Below are positions 1-11,986 of a stretch of 64,000 nt of DNA, piece by piece. Under the pieces are notes generated by a model. That model did no database searches, had not been told where the DNA came from, and was given only the letters and a program-made list of their open reading frames with translations. A program made the position numbers and the translations under genes. Within the stretch, counting starts at the first letter, position 1. Each line of letters begins with the position of its first letter. Origin of the DNA: Octopus vulgaris (lineage: Eukaryota); NCBI GenBank assembly GCA_951406725.2, contig OX597841.1, positions 1,736,001 to 1,800,000 of the forward strand, in the 5' to 3' direction.

Positions 1-116
1 TCTGAGAGAGGGATGTGTTGAATAAAATCATAATTGACTGATCCTCCTAGATTTTCTTCTTCGTATATGAGAAGCGACAAAAACTAACACAAGTAAGAAT
101 AAGACAACTGATGAAC

Positions 117-952
117 ATCTATCTATCTAGCTATCTATCCGCTCAGTCGAAGTCGACTCTCGGTCACTCGTTGGATCAGTGTCCTCCAGTCAGTTCTATC
201 CTGGGCCGCTTCTTTCAGATTGGCTATGACCATTCCGGTATCACTCTTGATGGTGTCAAGCCAGCGGGTTCTTGGTCGGCCTCTTCCTCTCTTGCCACTG
301 ACCATTCCGAGCACATATATATATATATATATATGTATCTATCTATCCGCTCAGTCGAAGTCGATTCTCGGTTACTCAATGGATCAGTGTCCTCCAGTCA
401 GTTCTATCCTGGGCCACTTCTTTCAGATTGGCTATGTCCATTCCAGTATCACTCTTGATGGTGTCAAGCCAGCGGGTTCTTGGTTGGCCTCTTCCTCTCT
501 TGCCACTGACCATTCCGAGCACATATATATATATATATGTATCTATCTATCCGCTCAGTCGAAGTCGATTCTCGGTTACTCAATGGATCAGTGTCCTCCA
601 GTCAGTTCTATCCTGGGCCGCTTCTTTCAGATTGGCTATGTCCATTCCAGTATCACTCTTGATGGTGTCAAGCCAGCGGGTTCTTGGTCGGCCTCTTCCT
701 CTCTTGCCACTGACCATTCCGAGCACATATATATATATATGTATCTATCTATCCGCTCAGTCGAAGTCGATTCTCTGTTACTCAATGGATCAGTGTCCTC
801 CAGTCAGTTCTATCCTGGGCCGCTTCTTTCAGATTGGCTATGACCATTCCGGTATCACTCTTGATGGTGTCAAGCCAGTGGGTTCTTGGTCGGCCTCTTC
901 CTCTCTTGCCACTGACCATTCCGAGCATGATGTCCTTCTCTAGGGATTTTCT
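117..952 (-). mobile_element. Tandem array of four 3' ends of an RTE-BovB-like LINE (period 202-208 bp)
   Basis: ATCTATCCGCTCAGTCG recurs at 133, 341, 545 and 747. The reverse strand translates as (KSLEKDIM)LGMVSGKRGRGRPRTRWLDTIKSDTGM.IANLKEAAQDRTDWRTLI..VTE.RLRLSG* followed by an (ATAG)n tail, resembling the RTE/BovB ORF C-terminus. Confidence 0.8.
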
Positions 953-1003
953 CCACATAATATGATGAACATAGGTCTTAACTAATCGAAGTGCAGTGTA
1001 AAT

Positions 1004-1200
1004 ATCTTTTATCTTTTACTTGTTTCAGTTATTTGGCCGCGGCTATGCAGGGGCACCACCATGATGTGTTTTAAGGGGACAAATCGACGGGTTTCTCAAA
1101 GGCTTGTACTTATGCTATCGCTCACTTTTGCTGAAATGTTAATTTATTGTGACGTAAACACACAAGCACCGGTTATAAAGCAGTGGGGGTGGGAAAAAAA
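1004..1200 (-). mobile_element. Degenerate 3' half of tRNA-derived SINE family A
   Basis: TTTTACTTGTTTCAGT..GCGGCTATGC..GCACCACC..GACGTAAACACAC is the reverse complement of the tail of the intact copy at 29471-29887. Confidence 0.65.
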
Positions 1201-3319
1201 CTAAGACATACGCACATAGATATATACATCTATCTATCCGTATATGTGTGTGTATAACCCGGAACTAGGTGGTTGTAATCCTGTCTGATGATACTCCGTC
1301 GGTCACGACGAGGAGCGTTCCAGTTGATCCGAACAATGGAACAGTCTGCTCATGAAATTAACATGCAAGTGGCTGAGTACTCCACAGATACGTATACTGT
1401 TAACGTAGTTCTGGGAGAAATTCCCAAAGTTGCATTTGCTATTACTGATATTCGTCTTGTTAATCTTGCTGTTAGTGTTGTTGCTGTTGTTATTGTCGTT
1501 ACTTTTATTATTTTGCAGGTTTTGAAACAGCTGATTCCATGGCCATCTTCATCTGCCTAAAACCTTAACTAACCAATCAAAAGATCTGTTTTAGACGACG
1601 TGACCACACGGGTTCTGTCAACCAAATTCACTCGCAAATAATTACTTTTATGATAAAACCCGGGACTATAAGTAGAAAACTCTTGTCCAGGGTGCTGCAC
1701 AGTAGGATTGAACCCGAAAGCACATGGTTGCAAAGCAAGCTTCTTAACCACACAACTATGTCTGCATCATTGTGTTTGCGTATGTATATGTGCATCTGTA
1801 TGTATGCATATTGTGTGTGAGTGCACGCACACGTACAGTGTCCCAGAATTATCTATTTCGGTGAAATCGGACATCTTTTTAGAAACTCATTTTTATTTAT
1901 GTTGATAAACAAAACATTTTAATACCTGTTAAAATATATAAATTTTTAATTTTGCCTATAATTTTATAATCTTTATAATTGTTACCCTGCGTGCGCAAGT
2001 GAAAGCATGGTATTGTAATCACTGGTCTGTTCGTCTGTGTGTTAGCAAAATAACTGGAAAACGACTGAACGGACTTTCGCCAAATGTGGCAGAAATACTC
2101 ATTGGATGAGTGGCTCGAAATGATGAAAATTTGGATTCATTATCTTCAAAATATACATAAATACATACATAGATATGCTACTGTGTGTGTGTGTACAGTT
2201 ATGGATTCGAGGGATTCGTTTATTTAGAGTTGATTTCTTAATTTCACTGGAGTATAAATACCTATAATGGTGAAAAAAACTCTCAAATTCTATGCAATAT
2301 TTTCTTTAAGTATTTCATTTTGTTCACTTTCTTTTACATATGAATCGACCCTCGACTACACGGAGTACCTATGCGCGAGACACGTGTGTGTACATACATA
2401 CATAAATACATACATGTGGGTGTGCGGGTATGTATGTACGTGTACAGTGATGGATTCAAAGATTTCATTTATTTACGAGTTGATTTCTTAATTACACCTG
2501 AGAATAAATACCTATGATTGAGATACTAGGAAAAAAATGTTGAGTTTAATTAAAAAGCATGGGTAATCAACGCATTGTAATCCACAATATAATTTGCGAA
2601 AAAAATTATCTGGGCGCAGGATATGCATCGCCCCTCCGACGCCTATTTTTTTTTTACTTCTTAATAATTTATTTTCATTCCTATTGGCTCTTGCTTATCT
2701 GTCCACAAGTTTTTCTCCCCAATTTTGCTCACTCACTCTCTCAACCTCCACCTTCTGGATGGAGCAGTAGTTTGGCTGAATTTAAAGGATACATTCAGAG
2801 AGCATTGCAGGAGATTTTTGATATTTGATATAAGATATATAAATCTACATTTTAACACCATTATTAAGTAAGAAACATGAATTTTTGTGATTTTTAAAAT
2901 CAATTTGCTCGATCCTGGGACACCTTCAATATGATAATCCTGCTTATGTATGTGTCTATATATTCATATAGGCCTTAACTTTCTCTTTGCATAATTGATT
3001 TTACTTTATTTATTTATTCATTTATTGATCTGCTCAACAGGCAAACACATTTGAAAACAATATGATACACGTGACTATTAAGGTTTTTGTTTCTAATTAC
3101 TTCTAGAACAACCCGGTGATGATGAAATTCATCATTTTAGTTGGTCTCCCTGTAAATGTAAACACCTCATCCACTCACACAATTTGAAACCCGTTTGGTA
3201 AGTTTGATAAGTGTCAATGCACGAAACACTGAGTCACATTGTAACTTCTGGCTATTAAATAAAAAATATTTATATACACACTTGTTTTCAGTTCTATTTC
3301 GTTGTTATATACATACATA

Positions 3320-3472
3320 CAACAGGCTTCTTTCAGTTTCAATCTACCAAATCCACTCACAAGGTTTTGGTCAGCCTGAGGCTATAGAAGAAGACACTTG
3401 CCATAGGTACCACGCAGTGGGACTGAACCCGGAACCATGTGGTTCGTACGTGAGCTACTTACCACACAGCCA
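3320..3472 (-). mobile_element. SINE family A head (tRNA-like plus CORE-like part)
   Basis: Reverse complement of the 5' ~165 bp of the copy at 29471. Confidence 0.8.
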
Positions 3473-3899
3473 AACTCTATGTTTTAATATGTATTCATTA
3501 CTTTCTTTATTATAAAGGAAAAAGTTCCAGAAAGCAAAAAATTTTAAATATAGTAAACAAGGTGCCCCAGCATGGCCACAGTCCAATGACTAAAACAAAT
3601 AAAAGATAAATGATGAGAAGATGAAAGCTGTCAAAGATCATAAGAATGCAGGAGATAAGTATACAAAGATGTGAAAGGCACACACATTGTCTCTCTATTA
3701 TGTACAACACTAAAGGTCAGTGATGTTACCTTTTACATATTTTTGAGGCAAGCTAAAACACGATTGTTAGCAAGTGGTCCTGTAACAACCACCAGGAACC
3801 TTCCTGAGTATCATCTACAAATAATACGCTGGGACGAGATCTAAAGATAACAAAAACTCCCTTGTCATCCGTACGCAAATACATTTATGCACATACGTG

Positions 3900-4115
3900 G
3901 TTGTTGCCAGCCCCGTTTGGCACCTGTGCCGGTGGCACGGAAAAAGCACCCACTACACTCATGGAGTGGTTGGCGTTAGGAAGGGCATCCAGCTGTAGAA
4001 ACACTGCCAGATCAGACTGGAGCCTGGTGCAGCCTTCTGGCTTCCCAGATCCCCGGTCGAACCGTCCAACCCATGCCAGCATGGAAAGCGGACGCTAAAC
4101 GATGATGATGATGAT
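3900..4115 (+). mobile_element. Isolated 3'-terminal module of the RTE-PHD LINE with (GAT)n tail
   Basis: GGAGTGGTTGGCGTTAGGAAGGGCATCCAGC..CCAACCCATGC.AGCATGGAAA.CGGACG.TAAACGATGATGAT, the same module that ends the LINE copies at 23550 and 26168. Confidence 0.8.
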
Positions 4116-4343
4116 AGCCCTGTTTATACAAGCAATAGGGAATACGTACTCGATACCGAAAGTACAGTTAATTGCAATGATACTTTCAATTTTGGCCCAA
4201 AGCCATTAATTTTGAAGGGAGGGGCGAGTTGATTATATTGGCCCAGTAAAAAGCAAAGTTCTTCTCAGTGGAATTTGAACTCGGTAAGAGCCAAAAGATT
4301 ATTAGCAGTTTGTTCGACGCGCTAATGATTCTGCTATCTTGCC

Positions 4344-4505
4344 ATCATCATCATCATCATCATCGTTTAACGCCCGCTTTCCATGCTGGCATGGGTTGGA
4401 CGGTTCAACTGGGTCTGGGTCTGGGAAGCCAAGAGGCTGCACCAGGCCCAGTCTGATCTGGCAATGTTTCTACGGCTGGATGCCCTTCCTAACGCCAACC
4501 ACTCT
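4344..4505 (-). mobile_element. RTE-PHD LINE 3'-terminal module (inverted)
   Basis: (CAT)n followed by CGTTTAACG..CATGCTGGCATGGGTTGGACGG..GGATGCCCTTCCTAACGCCAACC. Confidence 0.8.
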
Positions 4506-4897
4506 TAATCTTTACAATTAATTACAACAACATGAACAGAAGAAGTGGGACTTTCATAACTGTTTTCTCCGTGCCTGAAGTTGTTTCACATGACTGAACA
4601 GGATATTTGGTACATCGGTCAGTGTACCCAACGCAAGTTCGAACTGTAACCAACAGATGATGAGGAAAACACTGACGACGTCGACGGTGGTGGTGGTGGT
4701 GGTGCAGCTTTTCAAAACATAAATGGATAACGTTTATCAAACGAGACAAAACTAGCAAAATTCGCCCAGGTTACACTTATAAAGGGAGGTTAAAGAAACG
4801 AGAACACAAAGAGTGTTCTCCCCTGAATAAATAAAATTATGAAGAACTGCATGAGATGGTTTGCATGTAGACACAATGTTGGATATAGCAGTCACAT

Positions 4898-5425
4898 ACT
4901 CTTTTACTCTCTTTTACTTGTTTCAGGCATTTGACTGCGGCCATGATGGAGCACCGCCTTTAGTCGAGCAAATCGACCCCGGGACTTATTCTTTGTAAGC
5001 CCAGTACTTATTCTATCGGTCTCTTTTGCTGAACCGCTAAGTGACGGGGACGTAAACACACCAGCATCGGTTATCAAGCAATGCTAGGGGGACAAACACA
5101 GACACACACACGGAGTGGTTGGCGTTAGGAAGGGCATCCAGCTGTAGAAACATTGCCAGATAAGACTGGAGCCTGGTGCAGCCTTCTGGCTTCCCAGATC
5201 CCCGGTCGAACCGTCCAACCCATGCCAGCATGGAGAACGGATGTTAAACGATGATGATGATGATATATATATACGACAGGCTTCTTTCAGTTTCCGTCTA
5301 CCAAATCCACTCACAAGGCTTTGGTCGGCCCGAGGCTATAGTAGAAGACACTTGCCCAAGGTGCCACGCAGTGGGACTGAACCCAGAACCATGTGATTGG
5401 TAAACAAGCTACTTACCACACAGCC
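4898..5425 (-). mobile_element. Full SINE family A with a LINE 3' module (5109-5262, + strand) nested in its internal microsatellite
   Basis: SINE tail at 4898-5110 and SINE head at ~5272-5425 flank a LINE terminal module with a GAT tail. Confidence 0.8.
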
Positions 5426-6206
5426 ATCTCGTTCAAATTCAACAATTTGAACTCAAACTTAAAGACAGACGAAATACCACTAAGCATTTTGCCCGGCGTG
5501 CTAATGATTCTGCCAGCTTGCTGCCTTGTTAACATATTTTTAATGTTTGAAGCATTTAAAAGTTGATAAAGAATAAATATACAGTAAATTGGGGAAATGA
5601 TATTCAACAAAGAATCGTGTTTAGGCTTTCCTGCAAAAGGAGTTTCAGTCGCTACACCATGAGAAAGGAAAAGGATATGGAAGTGAGGGGACTGGCTGAA
5701 AGGAGATAAAAGACAAAATAAAAAAGAAAAAAAGGGAATTTTTGGAAATACATTATTTTCATTGACAGAATCTCCATTACATAAAACACAGGAATATCCA
5801 AAAGGAAAAAGAAGTTAAAAAACAGAAAACACAAACTACTTTTTGTTTTTTTTTCTTTTGTTTCTGTATGAACAGATTTGTGTGCAGATAATTTACTCCT
5901 TTCAATGAATGATTTAACCCCTTAACATACTGACCCATATATTTTCATCCAGAGATGTCTGGTAAATATAGATTTGAACAAAAATATACATTCACTGTAC
6001 TCTGAGGTATATGCCACATATTTCTAACCTGAAATAATTCGTTTGTGATGTTATTCTCATTTGCTATCATTAACTATCAGTAACTTCATAATAAATCATA
6101 ATTGACCCAAAATAATTTGTGTACTTATTCTTCATTATACACAGATTCAAAATAAATAATAAAAAATATATATTTTTTACATGGAAATTTTTTTTAAATG
6201 TGTATG

Positions 6207-7196
6207 TTAAGAGGTTAACATATCATAGAAATGTGGTTCCTCCCCTGTATGAATACGTTTGTGTTTCGTTAAGCTGCTATTTTGAGAGAATGATTTACCA
6301 CAAATGCCACAGTGAAAGGGTTTTTCTCCTGTATGAAAAAGTTTGTGTTGAGCTAAGTTTCCATTTTGAGAGAATGATTTGCCACAGATATCACAGTTAT
6401 ATGGTTTCTCTCCTGTATGAATACGTTTGTGTGGAGTTAAAGCACTACGTTTAGTGAATGATTTACCACAGATATCACAGTGATATGGCGTCTCCTTTGT
6501 ATGAATACATCTGTGTGAAATTAAGGTACTATTTTGCGAGAATGATTTACCACAGATATCACACTGATATGGCTTCTCTCCTGTATGGATACGTATATGT
6601 ATTGTTAACTGACTACTCTGAGAAAATGATTTACCACAGACATCACAATGATAGGGCTTTTCTTTGGTATGAACATGATAGGGCTTCTCTTTGGTTTGAA
6701 CACGATATGGCTTCTCTCCAGTATGAATTCGTTTGTGCGGAGTTATTTTACAACTTTGAGAGAATGATTTACCACAGATATCACAGTAATATGGCTTCTC
6801 CCCTGTATGAGTACGTTTGTGAGTATATAGATTACTTTTTTGACAAAAGGACTTATTACAGATGTCACAATGGTAGGGCATCTCTCCTGTATGAATACGT
6901 TTGTGAGCATATAGATTACTGTTTTGAGAAAAGGATTTACCACAGATATTACAGCAATACGGCATCTCTCCTGTATGAGTACGTTTGTGTCTAGTTAGGT
7001 TACCACTGGAAGTAAAAGATATACCACAGATATCACAGTGATATGGCTTCTCTCCTGTATGAATATATTTGTGCATAGTAAGATTTCTTTTCTGAGAGAA
7101 GGTCTTATTACAGACGTCACAGTCATATAATTTTTTTCTCTTTTTAATCATGTTCTCTGGTAAAATAAATTCCTCAAGTTTCTCATTCTTTTCCAT
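6207..7196 (-). CDS. C2H2 (Kruppel-type) zinc-finger protein, 10 fingers, ~329 aa, single coding exon
   Basis: Open frame with ten C-x2-C-x12-H-x3-H motifs and TGEKP-type linkers. The first in-frame ATG is at 7196 ([10 protein letters not shown]...); the ORF-track start at 7289 is a GTG. Stop at 6207-6209. No KRAB, SCAN or BTB domain is visible. Confidence 0.9.
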   Translation of the reverse strand: MEKNEKLEEFILPENMIKKRKKLYDCDVCNKTFSQKRNLTMHKYIHTGEKPYHCDICGISFTSSGNLTRHKRTHTGEMPYCCNICGKSFSQNSNLYAHKRIHTGEMPYHCDICNKSFCQKSNLYTHKRTHTGEKPYYCDICGKSFSQSCKITPHKRIHTGEKPYRVQTKEKPYHVHTKEKPYHCDVCGKSFSQSSQLTIHIRIHTGEKPYQCDICGKSFSQNSTLISHRCIHTKETPYHCDICGKSFTKRSALTPHKRIHTGEKPYNCDICGKSFSQNGNLAQHKLFHTGEKPFHCGICGKSFSQNSSLTKHKRIHTGEEPHFYDMLTS

Positions 7197-7880
7197 TATT
7201 TCCCTTCTCAAACCACCATATATATTTTTCCTGCTTTTGTTCTTATAGTTTACTCTTACAAATACTTCCACTGCTGTATTTCTGTCCACTGTTACCTTTC
7301 TCTCAGAACTCTTTTTTGTTAAGGCTTTTTGAAGATTAATTTGCCTACAAACTCATCTTCAAAAACTCCAGTAAGAGATGTTCAGAAATATTGCTAATAA
7401 TCTCAGGTCAGAGCAAATATTTTATAGGAATTTTACCATAGATTTAGAGAGAGTCTTATATATTTCCTCTGTATAACATTTTCCTTTAGTCTTTAAAAGA
7501 TGATAAATATTGTGAATGGATCTTCAGTTATGCCAATGTCATTCCATATTCTGAAATAACAAAGAAATATCAGTGGAAGATAAAGATGCTACATAAAAGA
7601 AGAGATTCAACAGTGGAAAATTTATAAATTTTCTATAGATATAAACTTTAGAAATATACATTTACCTGAACAACTGAACTGTTTAATTTATTATAATTTA
7701 CATCACAGAATCTTGTGTGAAACTTACATATTTGCAAACAACAACTAAACCTTCACATTGTGTAACAATATTTAGATTAAACAACAGAATAATGGACAAT
7801 GACAATATTTTCTCAACTGAAATATAATTTGACACTGTTTAGCCCTGAGACAGCTCTAGTTGAGCAAAAATTTGATTAAA

Positions 7881-8477
7881 CCCTGAGTATTTAGATTAAT
7901 CGTCAAATTTGATGCTTTCTTTATTCACATTGTCTTGAATTAATCACACACTATCTCGTAGCTTCAATATTTCAAATTACACCATCTAGAAAATTACATA
8001 TAATAGAAGTATTAAAATCAAAATAACAATAATATACCGATGATTAAGTAAATTGCAAAAAAAAAAGCATATAATTGGTAGAATAACGACACGTGTTTCG
8101 TGGCTGTATTTAAGAAATGATTGTAGTAAAAAAATTGATAGTAGTAGTAAAATCACTTCGATATCAATATAGCAACTGTTTATTTTTAGAATAACAGCTC
8201 AGGGAAGGTGTGAGAGCCTGAATCTGGCTGGTTTGAACATAAAACAAGTAAAACATTTGGACTAGACATCAGCATCATCATTTAGCATCCACCTTTCATA
8301 CTGGCATGGGTTGGATGGTTTGACAGGAGCTGGCCAAGCAGAAGTGTCTGTGTCTGTTTTGACACAGTTTCCTAAGAGTGGACGGAGTGCTTTTTACACG
8401 GCACAAACACAGATGAGGTCAATTTTGGCATGGTTTTTACAGCTGGATGGCCTCTGGCCAGTTTAAATGCTAAAGGG
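7881..8477 (-). mobile_element. Degenerate piggyBac-like MITE (same family as 9371-9592) carrying nested inserts
   Basis: TTAAACCCT start and GCTAAAGGGTTGA end; internal segments match the reverse complement of 9371-9592; interrupted by a hammerhead-like piece (~8084-8176) and a LINE tail (~8268-8450). Confidence 0.55.
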
Positions 8478-9324
8478 TTGAATATATTCCATCCGTGAAT
8501 ATCTTCCTCTCTTTCACTCTAGCATGGTATATCAAGGACTACATCAAACAATACAGTCTTCAATGTTTTTGACTGAAAGGTGATATTCAAGGGAGAGGTG
8601 CTGTTATTTCTAATAGATTGTGTGACCACATAGAGAGCTATGATCAAAAACCAAGTTGTTTACAAAGGTCCTATAATTTTTATGACAGAACAAAAAGAAA
8701 AATTGATGAAAAATATAACTGGCCTGCCAAGCAGTGGTCAAGACATTTGACTCCCAGCCGTGTGATTTGGGGTTCAGTTCCACACTGCAGCACTGTCAAC
8801 AAGTGTCTTCTACTATAGCATCAGTGAAACCAAAGCCATCTGAGTGGATTTGGTAGATGAAAACTGAGAGAAGACTGTCATAGGTGTCTGTGAATGTATT
8901 CTTGTTCTGACATTCTAATGATAGATGTAAACAAGCATCAAAATGTCATTTGATTCCCATCTTCCATGGAAGAATGTCTGGACATGGGAACATACTAGCT
9001 TGCTTGGGAGCTAGCAAGGGTTGGTGACAGTAAGGACACCTAGCTCTAACTTCTGCTTCTATGAATTCTGTCTGACCCAAGAAAGCATGGAAAAGTGGCT
9101 TTTCAAATCATAATAGAGATGACTTAATTATATTTCATTTATGGAGGGGTTTCTCTCAGCATGGACTTCTTTTGCAGAATGCCATCATTGTCATCATCAT
9201 CACTGTTTTCCTGGACATGTTTACACAAGATTGGAAGAGAATGACACTGTCCATATAAGTGACACTCATTTACAACTATAACATTATGTGAATGCAAAGA
9301 CACACAAAGTGACACACATGCATG

Positions 9325-9355
<31 letters not shown>

Positions 9356-9370
9356 GATGAGATTCTTTAA

Positions 9371-9592
9371 CCCTTTAGTGTTTAAACCGGCCATATCTGG
9401 CCCAATATATTCTACATGTTTTATATTCAAACTGGCCATATCTAGCCTCTCACACCTAACCTACATTGACATTCTAAAACTAAACAGTCACGTCATTGAA
9501 ACCTCAAAGCTATAAGATAATGCATGATTAATTCAAAACAATTTGAATTAAAAAAATATTACATTTAACAGAGTAATCTGAACACTAAAGGG
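9371..9592. mobile_element. piggyBac-like MITE with TTAA target duplication
   Basis: TTAA|CCCTTTAGTGTT ... AACACTAAAGGG|TTAA: 12-bp perfect TIRs, 222 bp long. Confidence 0.8.
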
Positions 9593-10869
9593 TTAAGTTT
9601 CCATTTACTAAATTCACTCACAAGATTTCAGTCAGAAATAAAGACATTTGCCCAAGTTACCATACAGTGGGACTGAACAACCCAAGACCATAAGTTTGAG
9701 AGGCAAATAAAAGATGAATTAAAAAGATAAAACTTATCTATATATATTATTTCATTTGTTTCAGTCATCTGACTGGAGCCATGCTGGAGCACCACTTTTA
9801 GTCGAACAAATTTACCCCAGAACTTATTCTTTGTAAGCCTAGTACTTATTCTATCAGCCTCTTTTTCCAAATCACAATTTAAGATACGGACAGTCGAAAT
9901 TTTTTTTGTATTATATCCCAGCAAAAGACCATTAAATGTGTTTATGGGGGAAAATATATTTAAAAACATCAATACGTCAGACTAAAGAATGAGAACGGTA
10001 CGAGGTGGTCGTAAGCTATGCTAAAAATAACAGCTAAATATCCCTTAAATCATACAAGAAAACTTTTTGTTTCTGCATAGTCGTATGATCTCCCCTGTAT
10101 GGAACACAAATTCGCAAAAGTTTTACAAAAATTGCCCAAAAATAAAAAAGGTATGATGGGTTATATGGGATGCGTAGAGCAGAATTCCGCCCTTTTGTGC
10201 TTTTCTTTTTACTCCCCTCCCCATGTCCAGGAACTTTTCTCTCTTCCATGACGTAGGGACCTCTACCATACATTCTTGTGATTAATGCTACAAACGTATG
10301 GCGGTGGAATTGGTCACTCGTTTTCGGGGTAACCCTAACTCTAAACCCTAACCAGGAGAAAATAAGGAATACGTACACCCAGTGTTTAGGGTTAAGATTA
10401 GGGTTAGTGTTAGGGTTTTTGTTACGCCGAAAGCGGGTGGGTACGTATTCTTTACCTCCACCCTTAAACCCTAAACACCGGGTGTGCATCTTCTTTGCCT
10501 TCACCAAAAAAGCAATAGAAAATGATACAATATCTGCAATGTAATAATTTTTCAAACAGGGTAGAGAGAAAATAACGAGAAATAAGAAGTTACTCATTCT
10601 GCCCCACCGATTTTCAGTAAGTTTGAGAGTTGGGCACACATGGGTAGTTATAGCAAGAACTGAGCATTCGATAAATTATGATAAAGTATTGGTTTATGGA
10701 CATTTCAGTGATTGGAGTGCATTTGAGAGTATTTCTCAAACTTAAACAGACAACAAACTAAACGTGCAACGATGGAGTGTAGAAGGTAGCTTCCATAGCT
10801 AGAAATAGTAGCCAAATCCCGCACAATCATAGACATTACTTTTGCACAGCTAGAAATAGCAACCAAATC

Positions 10870-11211
10870 GGTACTACATAAGAGTGGACACCCCCACCCG
10901 ATTTACAGTTTACCCATATTTATACATATAGATGGTTCTGGCGTAACTTCGGTATAAGTACCGGATACATTTCAAGAAAGTGTTTTTTTTTAATATTATA
11001 TCGGGGGTTAGAGTTTGTGCTAGGGTTAGGGGTGGGATAAAAGGGTTTCTGTTATCTTCAGAAATGTAAACAAAGCCACTTCCGGTACCGGTACTTATAC
11101 CGAAGGATCGCCAGGGTTTTTTGTATCGCGGGTGCCTCTGACTTGTGCGTGCATCCGTCTACGGACTAGCGCGAAGGGTGCGTATCAGGTCCACTCTTCT
11201 TAAATAGCACC
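10870..11211. mobile_element. Merlin-like MITE with a nested inverted-repeat element (10938-11114)
   Basis: Termini GGTACTA..AAGAGTGGAC / GTCCACTCTT..TAGCACC flanked by near-identical 8-mers ACCAAATC/GCCAAATC. The inner element has a perfect 18-bp IR CTTCGGTATAAGTACCGG and TTAGGG-like runs. Confidence 0.5.
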
Positions 11212-11400
11212 GCCAAATCTCGTACCAATCATAGACAACTCTCTTCCACAGTTAGAAATAGCAGCCAAATCCCACACCAATCCTAAACATCTCTAATTCA
11301 TAAAAGATAGAAAAGACACAAAGAATCGAGAAGTCAAAAACCGAAAGTCTACAAAATTAAATAATACGGTTGACCAATATTTTCATTGTTTAATACTTAC

Positions 11401-11520
11401 GGAAATGTTTCATAAAGGAAACATTATAAAGGACACGTTATAAAGTGTGTCTGTCGCATGTCAGAAATGCATTAAAAGTTGAAAATAATTTCAAGCAACA
11501 GACATTTTTAATCTGGTGTC
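11401..11520 (-). other. Predicted non-coding first exon of the ZNF gene
   Basis: Unique sequence between the promoter motifs and a consensus GTAAGT donor; TSS position approximate. Confidence 0.45.
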
Positions 11521-11530
11521 AAAAGACAAA

Positions 11531-11555
11531 CGGAAGTAAGCGTAGTGCGCATGCG
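11531..11555. promoter_or_regulatory. ETS (CGGAAGT) plus NRF1-like (TGCGCATGCG) promoter motifs
   Basis: CGGAAGT at 11531-11537 and TGCGCATGCG at 11546-11555 in a CpG-containing unique patch; this pair is typical of metazoan TATA-less promoters. Confidence 0.55.
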
Positions 11556-11572
11556 ATATCTTGATGTCTTTA

Positions 11573-11986
11573 GGCGGCGAGCTGGCAGAAACGTTAGCGC
11601 GCCGGGCGAAATGCTTAGCGGTATTTCGTCTGCGTTACGTTGTGAGTTCAAATTCCGCCGAGGTCGAATTTGCCGTTCATCCTTTCGGGGGTCGACAAAT
11701 TAAGTACCAGTTGCGCACTGGGGTCGATGTAATCGACTTAATACCTATGTCTGTCCTTGTTTGCCCCATCTGTGTTTAGCCCCTTGTGGGTAATAAAGAA
11801 ATAGGTATTTCGTCTGTGTTACGTTGTGAGTTCAAATTCCGCCGAGGTCGAATTTGCCTTTCATCCTTTCGGGGTCGATAAATTAAGTACCAGTTACGCA
11901 CTGCGGTCGATGTAATCGACTTAATACCTATGTCTGTCCTTGTTTGTCCCCTCTGTGTTTAGCCCCTTGTGGGTAGTAAAGAAATA
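11573..11986 (+). mobile_element. SINE family B with internal tandem duplication of its 3' ~185 bp and a 17-bp TSD
   Basis: Head GGCGGCGAGCTGGCAG..GAGTTCAAATTCC; central GGTCGA.TTTGCC.TTCATCCTTTCGGGGTCGA occurs twice; TSD GATATCTTGATGTCTTT (11555-11571) / GATATTTTGATGTCTTT (11987-12003). Degenerate relatives lie at ~4200-4340, 5440-5527, 28525-28700 and 29190-29390. Confidence 0.8.

Larger units (their letters stand above)
7551..11400 (-). other. Predicted 5'UTR intron of the ZNF gene (3850 bp)
   Basis: Minus-strand donor CC|GTAAGTAT at 11400 and acceptor TATTTCTTTGTTATTTCAG| ending at 7551. The pairing of the two sites is inferred. Confidence 0.55.

Noticed and set aside
111-943. Plus-strand repetitive ORFs
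   Set aside because: Antisense to the LINE C-terminus repeats and run through TA tracts
1834-2923. Tc1-like element bounded by GTGTCCCAG / CTGGGACAC
   Set aside because: Only a ~9-bp match with no convincing TSD or transposase trace
6119-6994. Plus-strand ORFs with MIYHRYH repeats
   Set aside because: Antisense shadow of the zinc-finger codons
10330-10475. Interstitial telomere
   Set aside because: Runs are short, degenerate and in both orientations, which better fits a transposon-internal motif
10034-10639. 201-aa minus-strand ORF
   Set aside because: No recognisable domain; crosses TTAGGG-like MITE sequence
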